A stretch of 64,000 nt of DNA from Promethearchaeota archaeon (GTDB taxonomy: Archaea > Asgardarchaeota > Lokiarchaeia > Sigyniarchaeales > SOKP01). Below the pieces are notes generated by a model that worked only from the letters and a program-made list of their open reading frames with translations, did not search any database and was not told the DNA's origin. The DNA lies in NCBI GenBank assembly GCA_016839705.1, contig JAEOTR010000035.1, forward strand, positions 32,001 to 96,000, read 5' to 3'. This document shows positions 10,984 to 20,957 of the stretch, one piece after another (the stretch's first letter is position 1; each line of letters starts with the position of its first letter). The position numbers were made by a program, and so were the translations under genes.

Positions 10984-11185
10984 AATTATTTATTAAATAT
11001 TATATTTTTTAATACTTTAACGATCAAGGGTTTAAAAATAAAGCTTCTTACTGTTATTGTCACTAAAAAATTCTTTCCTAAATATAGAAAGTTAAAAAAT
11101 GCAGAAAATTAGATATGAAATCATTATTTATAACTTCAAATAAGGTATACAAATTGTATTTAAAAATAAGAGATAAAAAAATTAA

Positions 11186-11407
11186 TTAAAAACCATAGGT
11201 ATTGAAGCTCGTATTAGAATAAGCTTTCGCTGAATGAATTCGATCGTGAGCTTCACTCATAGAAATTACTTCTTCAAAATATCGTGGATTTAAATCTCCA
11301 AGGAGTTCATCAACTTCACTTTCTTTTGTTTCTTGAACTTTAGGATATTCAACCTCTTCAATTTCAACACTTATCATTTCCATTACTTTTTCATAAGCTT
11401 GGGTCAT
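11186..11407 (-). CDS. Small acidic protein, tandem copy 1
   Basis: 73 aa; C-terminal 38 aa are paralogous to 11668..11847; GTGA SD-like motif and TATA-like box upstream. Confidence 0.8.
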   Translation of the reverse strand: MTQAYEKVMEMISVEIEEVEYPKVQETKESEVDELLGDLNPRYFEEVISMSEAHDRIHSAKAYSNTSFNTYGF

Positions 11408-11667
11408 TTTTTTTTCACGTTTTTTGTTTTTTCTTATAATTATTATATTGACAGGAGTTAATATATAGTTTAATAATAGGAACTCTTGATGGACTCTTAG
11501 ACTGTTTTTAGATTCTCACTTAAAAACCGTTCAAAAATTACCTCAATATCCATACTATTAGAAGATTTAATTTTAGTTTCTTTTGAAGAACTATAATTTG
11601 ATCTTGAATCATATAACATAAAATCAGGAGGAATTAAAACAATTAAAAATAGGAAAAATAATATTAA

Positions 11668-11847
11668 TTAAAATCCATAAGGATTGATGATATTATCTGA
11701 ATAAGCTTTCCTTGAATAAATTCGATTGTGGGCTTCATTCATAGAAATACCTTCTTCAAAATATCTTGGATTTAAATCTCCAAGAGATTCAGCTTCATCA
11801 ATCTTTTCAACTTTTTCAACCAATACTTCTTCATATATTTGGACCAT
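11668..11847 (-). CDS. Small acidic protein, tandem copy 2
   Basis: ATG at 11847 is positionally homologous to the copy 1 start; shares LGDLNPRYFEE...NxYGF. Confidence 0.8.
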   Translation of the reverse strand: MVQIYEEVLVEKVEKIDEAESLGDLNPRYFEEGISMNEAHNRIYSRKAYSDNIINPYGF

Positions 11848-12171
11848 TTTTTTTATCACTTTTTTTTGTTTTTTTTATAATTATCGTATTGATAGGGTTA
11901 TATTTAAAGTTTAGGACCAGAAACTCTTTATGGACTCTTAGACTTTTGTTTAGATTCCAACCCTAATACCATTTAAAAGTAACTTCAATACCCTTACTAT
12001 TACAAGATTTAATACTAGTTCAAACTGAAGAACTATAAAGGGATTTTGAATTTTAAATTTTACTGCTAAAAATGATGATGTGAAATGATGGTATATCACA
12101 GAGTCTAATTTTTATGGAGATAGTAAAAAACTTTTAACTATGAAAAGGTTATTTATTCAAAGGTTTTAATT

Positions 12172-13341
12172 ATGTATGATGTAGTAATCTCTGGTGCTGG
12201 ACCTTCAGGCTCTCAATGTGCTGAAAAATTGGCTAAATCAGGATATAATGTTGCATTAATAGAAAAAGATACAAATTGGCGTAAACCTTGTGGAGGGGGT
12301 GTTCATTCTAGCGTGATAAATTTATATCCACAGTTAAAAAACTTAAAGAAGCCAAAGATTAAAGATATAGTAATGCATTCTGCCGATTTTCATAAATTAG
12401 AATTTAAAGGAGCAGGTAAGGAATATTTAATTATTGTGGATCGCCTAGAGCTCGATAACTTAATGAGAAAGGCAGCTATTGATGCAGGAGCACATTTATT
12501 TGATAAAAACTTGTCATATGATTTTATCATACAAGAGCAACAAAAACAGGGGATAATAACAAAATCTCCAACGGGGATTAAAGAGTATCAGGGTAAGATA
12601 GTTATAATTGCTGATGGTATGGGTTCTAAATTAGCTCTGAAATCAGGAATGCGATCGAAATGGAAAATTAATGAATTAGCAATAGGTAAATGCTCAATAT
12701 TAGAAGGGAATACTCGCTTAGATAAAGAATCTGTATATATATTCTTTCAACCATTTAAAGGATATGGATGGATTTTTCCTTTAAGTAATGAAAGATTTAA
12801 TGTGGGTATTTTTACATTTGGTGAGGATAATCTTAAGTTTAACATACATAAAATTTATCAAAATTTTCTTGATAATCCAAATATTAAGAACTATATCCCT
12901 GACTCTAATTACAAAACGATCTGGTCTAGTTCATATTTGTTTCCGGCGGAAGGTGTATTGGAGAAAAGCTTATATGATGATAACTTAATGCTTATCGGTG
13001 ATGTGGGTGGTTTTGTTTCACCTATTAGTGGTGAAGGAATCCAAACAGCAGTAACTTCTGGTAAAGTTGCAGCTGAAACAGCTATAGAAGCTTTAGAAAA
13101 AGAAGATTATTCTAAAAGAACATTAAAAAAATACAAAACAGATAAAGAAATCAAGAAGATCATTCGGAATTTCAAATTAAAACGATCGATGATTGAATTC
13201 TTTTATGAGAATGAAGGTAAAAATCTCAATAAAATGCTAATCCTTTCTGAAGAAGATGCCGAGGTCAAAAAACAAGTTATTAACATGTTTGCGTTTGGTG
13301 ATATTCCCTCAAAGGATTTAGTATCTAGAATTATCAACTAA
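12172..13341 (+). CDS. Geranylgeranyl reductase family FAD oxidoreductase
   Basis: GAGPSGS, KPCGGG, GYGWIFP, GDVGGFVSPISGEGI. Confidence 0.9.
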   Translation: MYDVVISGAGPSGSQCAEKLAKSGYNVALIEKDTNWRKPCGGGVHSSVINLYPQLKNLKKPKIKDIVMHSADFHKLEFKGAGKEYLIIVDRLELDNLMRKAAIDAGAHLFDKNLSYDFIIQEQQKQGIITKSPTGIKEYQGKIVIIADGMGSKLALKSGMRSKWKINELAIGKCSILEGNTRLDKESVYIFFQPFKGYGWIFPLSNERFNVGIFTFGEDNLKFNIHKIYQNFLDNPNIKNYIPDSNYKTIWSSSYLFPAEGVLEKSLYDDNLMLIGDVGGFVSPISGEGIQTAVTSGKVAAETAIEALEKEDYSKRTLKKYKTDKEIKKIIRNFKLKRSMIEFFYENEGKNLNKMLILSEEDAEVKKQVINMFAFGDIPSKDLVSRIIN

Positions 13342-13350
13342 ATTGTTAAT

Positions 13351-13926
13351 TTAGTCTATAATTTTCGTAAGATCCTTGATTAAATCTTCAATTTCTTTTT
13401 GTTCTAACTTTATTGTAACCTTTCCTCCACCGGGATGTGCAAAAGTAAGAAGATATTTCTCACCGCTTTTATTGACAAACCATTTTTCACCTTTGGGCAT
13501 CCCCCATGAAGGATCAAGCCAATCTTTTGCCTTGAATTCTGCTATCTGGAGTAAAACTCCAAATGCGTCTTTTGGATGGATAAACAGTTCTTTCCACTTA
13601 TCACCATAATCATTGTAACCAAAATAGGGAATATTATTGTTTTCAAGAATATCCTTCGCCTTTTTGATATCAGGAGTCTGCAAAACAAGATGGTGTATTC
13701 CATTACCCCTCCGTTTAAAAAAGTTTTCCAAAAAACTCCCCCTTCCTGTAGATTTTATTATCTCAAATCTTGAAAGATCTCCTAATGCAAACGTCTCCCA
13801 GTAATACTTTAAATCATAATCTGTGCCATTGTATTGAGATATCGCACCGAGGATTTTTGTATAGAATTCGACAGCTCCCTCATAATCTTTTACTGCTAAT
13901 GACACGTGATCAATGCGAGTTATCAT
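13351..13926 (-). CDS. VOC family protein (methylmalonyl-CoA epimerase-like)
   Basis: IDHVSLAV, GIHHL, FIHPKDAFGVLLQIAE. Confidence 0.85.
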   Translation of the reverse strand: MITRIDHVSLAVKDYEGAVEFYTKILGAISQYNGTDYDLKYYWETFALGDLSRFEIIKSTGRGSFLENFFKRRGNGIHHLVLQTPDIKKAKDILENNNIPYFGYNDYGDKWKELFIHPKDAFGVLLQIAEFKAKDWLDPSWGMPKGEKWFVNKSGEKYLLTFAHPGGGKVTIKLEQKEIEDLIKDLTKIID

Positions 13927-14069
13927 AAATGATTCATTATTGAAAATGTTTTAATTTTTACTATTTGTCTTTTGATTGAAAATTTATATATCATCTTATC
14001 TAATATTATTTCACTCAGGTAATTATTGACATCTTACAATAATAAATAAAAAAGGGAACGTTTCTACTA

Positions 14070-15848
14070 GTGGAAATACCATCAGAAGTTCAATTAACCT
14101 CTAAGGAAGCAGATTATTATGCTCGCCTTAATAAGGTAATTGAAGAAAGAACAGAAAATCCGAATTTAAGCTTCGGAATCATCATTGAACAACATGCTGA
14201 AAAAAATCCAAACGAATTCTCTCTGCTTTTTAAAGATATTTCATGGACTTGGCAGATTTTAAACCAAGAGAGTAATAAAATAGCTAATTATTTTCTCAGA
14301 ATAGGATATAAATCCGGAGATACCATAGCAGTTATGATGGAAAACTCTCCTGAATTCATTTCAATTATAACTGGTATTAATAAAATACAGGGTATTAGTT
14401 CATTAATTAATGTAAATCAAAGAAAGCAAGCACTTATCCATTCCTTTAAAATTAGTGAACCGTTCTGGATAATAGTTGACGGTGATAGCTTAGCTGCTTT
14501 TACTGAAGTTTTTTCGGATCTTAATTTTGATAAGAATAAAGTGTTTGTTATAAATAATCATATGAAATACCACCATGATTTTATTGATTTTCATACAGAA
14601 TTAAAGAGCGTTTCAATCGACAATCCCGCAACGACCTTTAGATCATATTTGACTGATATGTCCGTGTATATTTTCACTTCTGGCACCACAGGACTCCCTA
14701 AAGCAGCTTTACAAGATAATACACGAATACTGAATCCATTTGGATGGTTGGCATTCGAGTCAACCCATAATGATGTTGTGTATAGCCCATTACCGTTATA
14801 TCACTCTCTTGCGCTGGTGGTAGGATGGGCTGGTGCTATACAAGTAGGTGCTGCTTATGCATTTAGAAAACGGTTTTCCGCGTCAGAATTCTGGAAAGAT
14901 ATCAAAAAATTTGGGGCAACCTGTTTTATGTATATTGGAGAGTTACCAAGATACCTTATAAATCGACCTGAATCGGAGTATGTAGAAAACACGACGCTAA
15001 AGAAAATGCTGGGAGTGGGTTTTCGTAAGGACATATGGGAAGAATTTAAATCTCGGTTTCATATTGAACATATTCTTGAGTTTTATGGGGCTACAGAAGG
15101 TGCAGCGGGTCTCTTTAATATTGAAGAAGTACCTGGTATGATTGGTAGAAGGACCATACCTGGATTGATTATTGCTGTGAAAGTTAATGAGGAAACTGGA
15201 GAATTTTACAAGGATGAAAACGGTTTTCTAATTGAATGTACTTCAGGGGAAACAGGGATGATGTTGGCACAAATTCTAGAAACATCAGCATTTTTGGGCT
15301 ATAAGGATAAAAATAAAACGAACCAAAGAGTTTTAAGAAATGTACTTAAAGAGAATGATGCCTATTTTAATACTGGTGACCTTGTACATCTTCACGATGA
15401 TAACTGGGTCTCTTTTGCTGATCGATATGGAGATACTTTCCGGTGGAAAGGAGAAAATGTATCCACAATGGAAGTTGAGTCCATTTTAAATACATTTGGT
15501 GGCTTTGAAATGTGTAACGTATATGGTGTGGAAGTTCCAAATTCAGATGGAAAGGCGGGGATGATTTGTATTAAAATAGATGATACAAAATCTTTTAAAC
15601 CCGAATTATTCTCTCAGTTTGTATCAAAAAACCTCCCAAAATACGCAATTCCGCTCTTTATTCGTATTAAAGATGAACTTGAATTTACAGGAACACATAA
15701 ATTAAGAAAAGTGAATCTCAGAACACAAGGGTATGATATTAATGCAATAAAAGATCAACTCTACTTTTGGGAATCTATGTCTAATAGATACAAAATTTTT
15801 GAGAGAGAACATTATCAAAATGTAATAAACGGAAAATTAAAATTTTGA
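14070..15848 (+). CDS. Long-chain acyl-CoA synthetase, FATP/SLC27-like
   Basis: YIFTSGTTGLPKA, EFYGATEG, DRYGDTFRWKGENVST. Confidence 0.92.
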   Translation: MEIPSEVQLTSKEADYYARLNKVIEERTENPNLSFGIIIEQHAEKNPNEFSLLFKDISWTWQILNQESNKIANYFLRIGYKSGDTIAVMMENSPEFISIITGINKIQGISSLINVNQRKQALIHSFKISEPFWIIVDGDSLAAFTEVFSDLNFDKNKVFVINNHMKYHHDFIDFHTELKSVSIDNPATTFRSYLTDMSVYIFTSGTTGLPKAALQDNTRILNPFGWLAFESTHNDVVYSPLPLYHSLALVVGWAGAIQVGAAYAFRKRFSASEFWKDIKKFGATCFMYIGELPRYLINRPESEYVENTTLKKMLGVGFRKDIWEEFKSRFHIEHILEFYGATEGAAGLFNIEEVPGMIGRRTIPGLIIAVKVNEETGEFYKDENGFLIECTSGETGMMLAQILETSAFLGYKDKNKTNQRVLRNVLKENDAYFNTGDLVHLHDDNWVSFADRYGDTFRWKGENVSTMEVESILNTFGGFEMCNVYGVEVPNSDGKAGMICIKIDDTKSFKPELFSQFVSKNLPKYAIPLFIRIKDELEFTGTHKLRKVNLRTQGYDINAIKDQLYFWESMSNRYKIFEREHYQNVINGKLKF

Positions 15849-15879
15849 AATATTTCATAAATAAAACATAAAAATAGAT

Positions 15880-16506
15880 GTGATTAATATGAACATTTCT
15901 AATGATATCGCAATTGAGAATTTGAAAAAAGAGGATTTAAAAGAACTTGGGTATAATAAGCTCATGGAATTATATAAGTCCTTACCATCTGCCGATTTTG
16001 AAGAAATGGATGGGGATTATGATAGTTGTATGGTGGGATTCATTTCAGAAATAAAGGAAAAGGGAAGTATATGGTGGCTCCATAAAACTGAGAAAGGTGA
16101 TTGGTTAGGAAAATCTTTTACACCGAAATCTAAGTCAGAACGCCGAGGAGAGGGATATAATCGATGGAAGATTGAAGGTAAAGAAGTTCACCATATGCGT
16201 TTCCTTACAGATATGGTTGAATCTCTTATCGATGGGAAAATCACATTTCGATTGAAGTATGCATCCTTCAAAAATGATGGTGGAATAGTAGATATGACTG
16301 ATGAAGTAAGAAGGATTAGAAAGGGACTCTATCTCTGTTTAGGAATGGCTGGTCCTGAAAAACTTCCGCCCGACTTTTTCTACTTAACAGGCCCCGTACA
16401 TGACTATGATCATAGTTCAGAATGGATATATGGCGATGAGGTTGAGAAACACACTAATATAACAGTTACATATAAGAACTTTCCCTTTCCAGATGAAATT
16501 AAATAA
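15880..16506 (+). CDS. Hypothetical protein (possible lipid-related beta-barrel)
   Basis: 208-aa ORF 31 nt after the acyl-CoA synthetase; WLGKSF...GYN, MTDEVRRI..GLYLCLG. Confidence 0.7.
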   Translation: MINMNISNDIAIENLKKEDLKELGYNKLMELYKSLPSADFEEMDGDYDSCMVGFISEIKEKGSIWWLHKTEKGDWLGKSFTPKSKSERRGEGYNRWKIEGKEVHHMRFLTDMVESLIDGKITFRLKYASFKNDGGIVDMTDEVRRIRKGLYLCLGMAGPEKLPPDFFYLTGPVHDYDHSSEWIYGDEVEKHTNITVTYKNFPFPDEIK

Positions 16507-16526
16507 TATTTAAAATATCTGAAATT

Positions 16527-16751
16527 TTATTTTCTTATTTTTAGACGATCATTGTAGTAATATCTTCTACGACGTCTATATGGTCTTTCTGGTCGGTTTA
16601 AAAAACATTCGGGACAATAAGTGATAATTAATGGATCTTCCCATAGATCCTGTGCTCGTTCAGCTGTAATCGTAGGATTATCTCTTAAAAATATTTGAAA
16701 CGGGATTATTCGACCACAATCTCCACACTCTTTAGGTTGTAATTGCTGCAT
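16527..16751 (-). CDS. Small Zn-finger microprotein with Arg-rich tail
   Basis: CGDC...LWEDP...YCPEC; RPYRRRRRYYY. Confidence 0.75.
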   Translation of the reverse strand: MQQLQPKECGDCGRIIPFQIFLRDNPTITAERAQDLWEDPLIITYCPECFLNRPERPYRRRRRYYYNDRLKIRK

Positions 16752-17096
16752 TGATAAAAACCTATTTTAATTATAACATATCTCTTAGGAAATGAGATAA
16801 TTAAAAGGCAAGAGAGTCACCAATTACTATAAATGATACCAATAATTATAACGATTTTTATTAAATTGCCCACTTTTGTCAAGTAATTATCCTTATTTTC
16901 GGTAATTTCATTTATCTCCATAACTTTAGGCATTTAGATAAATATTTATAAAAGTAGATTGATGAAATATGTTTTTTCAAAGTTTACTCCTTCCTTTTAA
17001 TTAAAACAATGCAGTACCAAAGTTTTTCTATTGGATGTTAAATCAGTGATTAATAAAGCAATTACAAATTATAAAAAAAATAAAGAATTTTTTTAA

Positions 17097-17651
17097 TTAT
17101 TGAGTAGTCACATCTTTCGCTTTTGCTTCTGCTTTTGCTGCCTTTTTTTGCTTCTTTGCTAATTTTGGATCTCCAAAAGAAGGGTTGATTTTTGAACCTT
17201 TTACCGGGAGGATGCATGTAGCATCTTTTTTTTCCGAACCTCTAGAAGCAACCATGCCTGTTTTTTGATTGAAGTGTAGCTCCAATCGCCATTGATTAAA
17301 TTTATCATCTTCCTTCCCTTTTCCCTTTTTTTTTTGCCAGTTAGGTAATTTGATTGAAAAGGGAAATTCTTTCTTTTCTCCTGACTTTAACTTATCATCC
17401 GATGCAATATCCCATTGTTTTAATTCCTTTTTTTGTGGCACCCAAGATTCAGTTTCCTCACCAGATTCGGGGTCTCTTCGGGTTATAAATGCTTGATACA
17501 TATCATACAGTTCAATAAACAGTTTTTTTAATTTTTTATCCTTCTTTTCTCCGTTTGTTACTATAATTTTCCCTTCAATTTCGTCATCAGGTTTGACAAT
17601 TAACGGAGGATTCTTAATCTCATATGCCACATGAACTTTTGTTCCGACCAT
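17097..17651 (-). CDS. Arrestin-N/SpoOM-like beta-sandwich protein
   Basis: PDDEIEGKIIV...LFIEL...GEKKEFPFSIKLP pattern. Confidence 0.6.
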   Translation of the reverse strand: MVGTKVHVAYEIKNPPLIVKPDDEIEGKIIVTNGEKKDKKLKKLFIELYDMYQAFITRRDPESGEETESWVPQKKELKQWDIASDDKLKSGEKKEFPFSIKLPNWQKKKGKGKEDDKFNQWRLELHFNQKTGMVASRGSEKKDATCILPVKGSKINPSFGDPKLAKKQKKAAKAEAKAKDVTTQ

Positions 17652-17779
17652 AATTTTTACACCTAGAAAAATAATAAATTTAGTATATTTAAAATAGGTG
17701 TATTCAGTGATGATATATCAATTTTGATTCCCTTCTCTCACTATCAAAAAAGTGAAAAAGAAAAAAGAAAAAGATGAAT

Positions 17780-18283
17780 TTATAATTTTGAACCGCAATA
17801 TGAGCAAAATACAGCAGATTCTTTAGCTTTTGCTGTTCCACAATTAGGACAATAGCTTACCTTTCCCGCTGGAGTAGCTGTTTGAGTTGTTGTGCTGACT
17901 TCAACATGAGTCATCTGACCCGTAGAAGAAGAAAACTTACCACGTAATGATCCATTTGCTTTTAAATCTAAAATAATTGCTCGTACGTCTCTTATAGTGA
18001 TGCTCGTATTTTTACTAATCTCTTCAATTGTAGCTTCAGGATGCTCTTCATACTCATATAATACAGCATTCCTTAGTTTACTTTTATTAGCCCAAGCTGC
18101 AATTTGACGCGCTATAATTGCCACCCCGAGAACAAGCCACGCAATTCCCCACCAACTAATCACCCAATTATACAAGATCGGTCGTATGAATAGATCATTT
18201 AATCCCCAGTAAATCAGTACACCAGCTATAATAAGAGAACAAACACTTAATCCTTCAGAATATTGGTTTCGTTTATATTTCAT
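17780..18283 (-). CDS. Membrane protein with winged-helix (PCI-like) domain and C-terminal zinc ribbon
   Basis: 2 TM; TIEEISKNT...LDLKANGSLRGKF; YCPNCG...FCSYCGSKL. Confidence 0.75.
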   Translation of the reverse strand: MKYKRNQYSEGLSVCSLIIAGVLIYWGLNDLFIRPILYNWVISWWGIAWLVLGVAIIARQIAAWANKSKLRNAVLYEYEEHPEATIEEISKNTSITIRDVRAIILDLKANGSLRGKFSSSTGQMTHVEVSTTTQTATPAGKVSYCPNCGTAKAKESAVFCSYCGSKL

Positions 18284-18389
18284 TTTTTATCACTTTATTG
18301 ACTTATATTAAAGCAGATATTGGATTACAATTGTTGATTGAAATATAAAGTTTTATTCTATAATGAAAAAGAGAAATTCGAAAATTCTC

Positions 18390-18878
18390 TTAATATATTT
18401 CATCTACATAAGATCTTAACATATTTATATCATCGAAGTAAAACAAGCTTTCTCCTTCTCTAAAAAAAGGGGTTAACAAACCTCCTCTTTTTAATACCGC
18501 TGTGATATCAACATCTTTTAAAACAAAGACTCTAGTCTTTTCTGAAAATTCTTTGAATGAGAGGATAATTCCCATTTCAATCATATGGCCTCCTTTATCA
18601 TGTTCAATAACCATAATGATTTCATCTGAAAATTTTGCAATAAGATCAAATTTTAAAATTAAGTTTTCAAGGTGAGTACGTCTAAATTCCTTCTCAAAAA
18701 ATCCAAGATTATTTTCAATCCTATTTACGATTTTTTGTACTTCCTGAAGGTTCTTAAAAGTATCTTCGTCGTATGAACCACAAATAAAAATTTTCTTTTT
18801 GGTTAAATCATAAACCGAAAATATGTTGATAAATTCATCTAAAAATTCATCCCAGGCACTATCATGTGAAACTAGCAT
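18390..18878 (-). CDS. Hypothetical protein, possible nucleoside deoxyribosyltransferase-like fold
   Basis: IFICGSY; SDEIIMVIEHDKGGHMIEMG resembles the NDT Gx(2-3)ExG motif. Confidence 0.55.
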   Translation of the reverse strand: MLVSHDSAWDEFLDEFINIFSVYDLTKKKIFICGSYDEDTFKNLQEVQKIVNRIENNLGFFEKEFRRTHLENLILKFDLIAKFSDEIIMVIEHDKGGHMIEMGIILSFKEFSEKTRVFVLKDVDITAVLKRGGLLTPFFREGESLFYFDDINMLRSYVDEIY

Positions 18879-19050
18879 TATTTTCCCCTAATCTATGTAA
18901 AATAAGTTAAAAATTCATATATACTATAAAATATTATATATCAATGATAATTGACTCAATTGATTTTGAGTTAAATTTATATATGTGATTATGCTTATCT
19001 AGCTTAGAACTAGATGAAAAAACAAATATAAATATGAGGAGGTTGTCAAT

Positions 19051-19392
19051 TTGGAGACTCCTAAAAAATTAGAAAATAAGAGGAAAGAACTGGAAATTAT
19101 CTCTGAGAAAACACGTTACAAAATATTACTTACTTTATTGGCAAGTGAAACTTCATTGTCTTTCAGTCGGTTAAAAGAATTATTACCATCCATCCCTGAG
19201 AATAATTTGAATTATCACCTAAAGATTCTGAAAGACAACGATTTTATCAAGAATGAGAAAAGAATGGAATATAAACGATCTGAACCTCGTTCTTTTTATT
19301 CTCTCAGTAAAAAATCAGTAGGTCTGCTTGGAAGTTTAGGATTGACATCAGTTAAAGAAGAATTTCAAGCACTATTCAAACAAATGACCTAA
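19051..19392 (+). CDS. ArsR-family winged-helix regulator
   Basis: TRYKILLTL...LSFSRLK...LNYHLKILKD...YSLS; GAGGAGG SD upstream. Confidence 0.85.
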   Translation: METPKKLENKRKELEIISEKTRYKILLTLLASETSLSFSRLKELLPSIPENNLNYHLKILKDNDFIKNEKRMEYKRSEPRSFYSLSKKSVGLLGSLGLTSVKEEFQALFKQMT

Positions 19393-19642
19393 TTTAATGT
19401 TTTTTAATTTTAATGAATATTCAAAAAGCTAAAAATAGTGTGAAGTATGAATCCAAACTATGCCAGAAAGTTTATGGCCACTCAGATTAAAAATGCTGTA
19501 GGAGCAACCATTAAGGAATTCCTTGATGATTTAAAAAGTGGAATGATAATTTCCAAGATCCAACATAAATGGGAAAAAAAGTGAATAAGGGCTAAAAAAA
19601 AACTTCCCTTTTTACACATTTTAGCATTTAAAGCAAAGAAAC

Positions 19643-20056
19643 ATGACTTTTTCAGTGTCAGTAAAAAATGACATTTATTCTCCAACCATTACTATTTATA
19701 CCCCTGAGATTGGTGATATATTCATTGATTTTCCCCCAATTTATAGCATAGCTGTTGAAGAACCGAATTTAAATATAATGTGGTTTACACTAGATAACGG
19801 TACTACTAAGGTTACAATTGCAGATTTGACAGGAGTAATTGATCAATCCGCTTGGGATGTTATCCCTGATGGGCATTTGACGCTTACCATTTATGCAATG
19901 GATAAACCGGGTAATATAGGTCAGAATTCAGTAATAATAACAAAAAGATCAACTCCCGAGCAAATCCCTCCTGCTATTCCCGGATACGATATAATCGCAC
20001 TTCTCGGAGTATTTTGCATTGTAACTATAATTATACTGAAAAAAAGAACTAACTAA
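19643..20056 (+). pseudogene. 5'-truncated surface protein: Ig-like repeat plus Loki-CTERM-like anchor
   Basis: Begins mid-domain with no signal peptide; ends PPAIPGY-TM-KKRTN. Confidence 0.65.
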
Positions 20057-20109
20057 CCTTTTTATTTTCCTTTAATATAACGTCATTGCTTGTTATTAAT
20101 CAAAATATA

Positions 20110-20433
20110 TTATTTTAATTTTTCTTCTAACGCTTCTTCTCCAACAAGAACCGCAGCAATAAAACAAAAACACGAAAATAGAATTAAAAATACAGAACTT
20201 AACTGATAACATTCGAGATTATTACTACTGAAACAAATACGACTAATCGTCATATATGATATTAAGAAAACAATAAATAAGATATAAGAGATGACCATTA
20301 GATATATCTTTACTAGCTTTATCTTTCCTTTCTTTGGCTTTGATTTCTTATCAGGATGTAAGCGTAGTTCACACCTTGGACATAAAACACCACTCCCTTC
20401 TATTTCTGAACCACACATCTCACAATGCAACAT
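20110..20433 (-). CDS. Zinc-ribbon membrane protein
   Basis: CEMCG...CPRC followed by 2 TM. Confidence 0.7.
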   Translation of the reverse strand: MLHCEMCGSEIEGSGVLCPRCELRLHPDKKSKPKKGKIKLVKIYLMVISYILFIVFLISYMTISRICFSSNNLECYQLSSVFLILFSCFCFIAAVLVGEEALEEKLK

Positions 20434-20517
20434 AATTCTAGAAAAGGTAAATACTAAGTTTTGTAATTATTTATTAAAGAATAGGATTTGTATCTCCCAC
20501 ACTAGTAGAATATCATA

Positions 20518-20919
20518 ATGAATAAACAGAATATTGTTTCAAGTATAGCTTATTGTGGATTAATCTGTAAATTATGTCATCTTTCGGATGAGTGTGATGG
20601 GTGTAAATCAAAAAATAATAGATGTAGTAAATATCTGAGTTCGACCGGATGCTACCAATTCAAATGTTGCGTTGAAAAGACAATTAATGGATGTTGGGAA
20701 TGTGCTGAATTTCCTTGTAATAAAGATATGTATAGTGACACTTATAGCCCTAAAATTAGAGCCTTTGCTAGATGTATTCGAGAAGATGGAATAGAAAAAT
20801 TTGCCAGTTATATTCTTGATGCTATAAAAAGAGGATTAGATATTAGGAAGGAAGGTGATTTGGATCTAAAAATAGAACGAGAAGTTTTAGATATTTTAAG
20901 AAAAGATCTCCACCACTAG
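20518..20919 (+). CDS. DUF3795-like Cys-rich protein
   Basis: IAYCGLICKLC, CDGC, CCVEKTINGCWECAEFPC. Confidence 0.8.
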   Translation: MNKQNIVSSIAYCGLICKLCHLSDECDGCKSKNNRCSKYLSSTGCYQFKCCVEKTINGCWECAEFPCNKDMYSDTYSPKIRAFARCIREDGIEKFASYILDAIKRGLDIRKEGDLDLKIEREVLDILRKDLHH

Positions 20920-20957
20920 CATTTAAAATTACCAACCTTGCCTTAAGATTGAAAATT

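Larger units (their letters stand above)
11165..12050. repeat. Diverged tandem duplication (about 440-480 bp unit) of peptide gene plus upstream region
   Basis: Shared blocks 11479-11515/11920-11957, 11553-11571/11995-12013, 11584-11596/12026-12038, plus coding similarity. Confidence 0.9.

Noticed and set aside
11165-12050. CRISPR array or insertion sequence interpretation of the repeats
   Set aside because: Only two long diverged units that contain ORFs; no spacer periodicity, cas genes, transposase or terminal inverted repeats
19447-19584. 45-aa ORF (YARKFMATQIKNA) faintly like a tyrosine-recombinase box
   Set aside because: Too short, with no other catalytic residues; cannot support an integrase call
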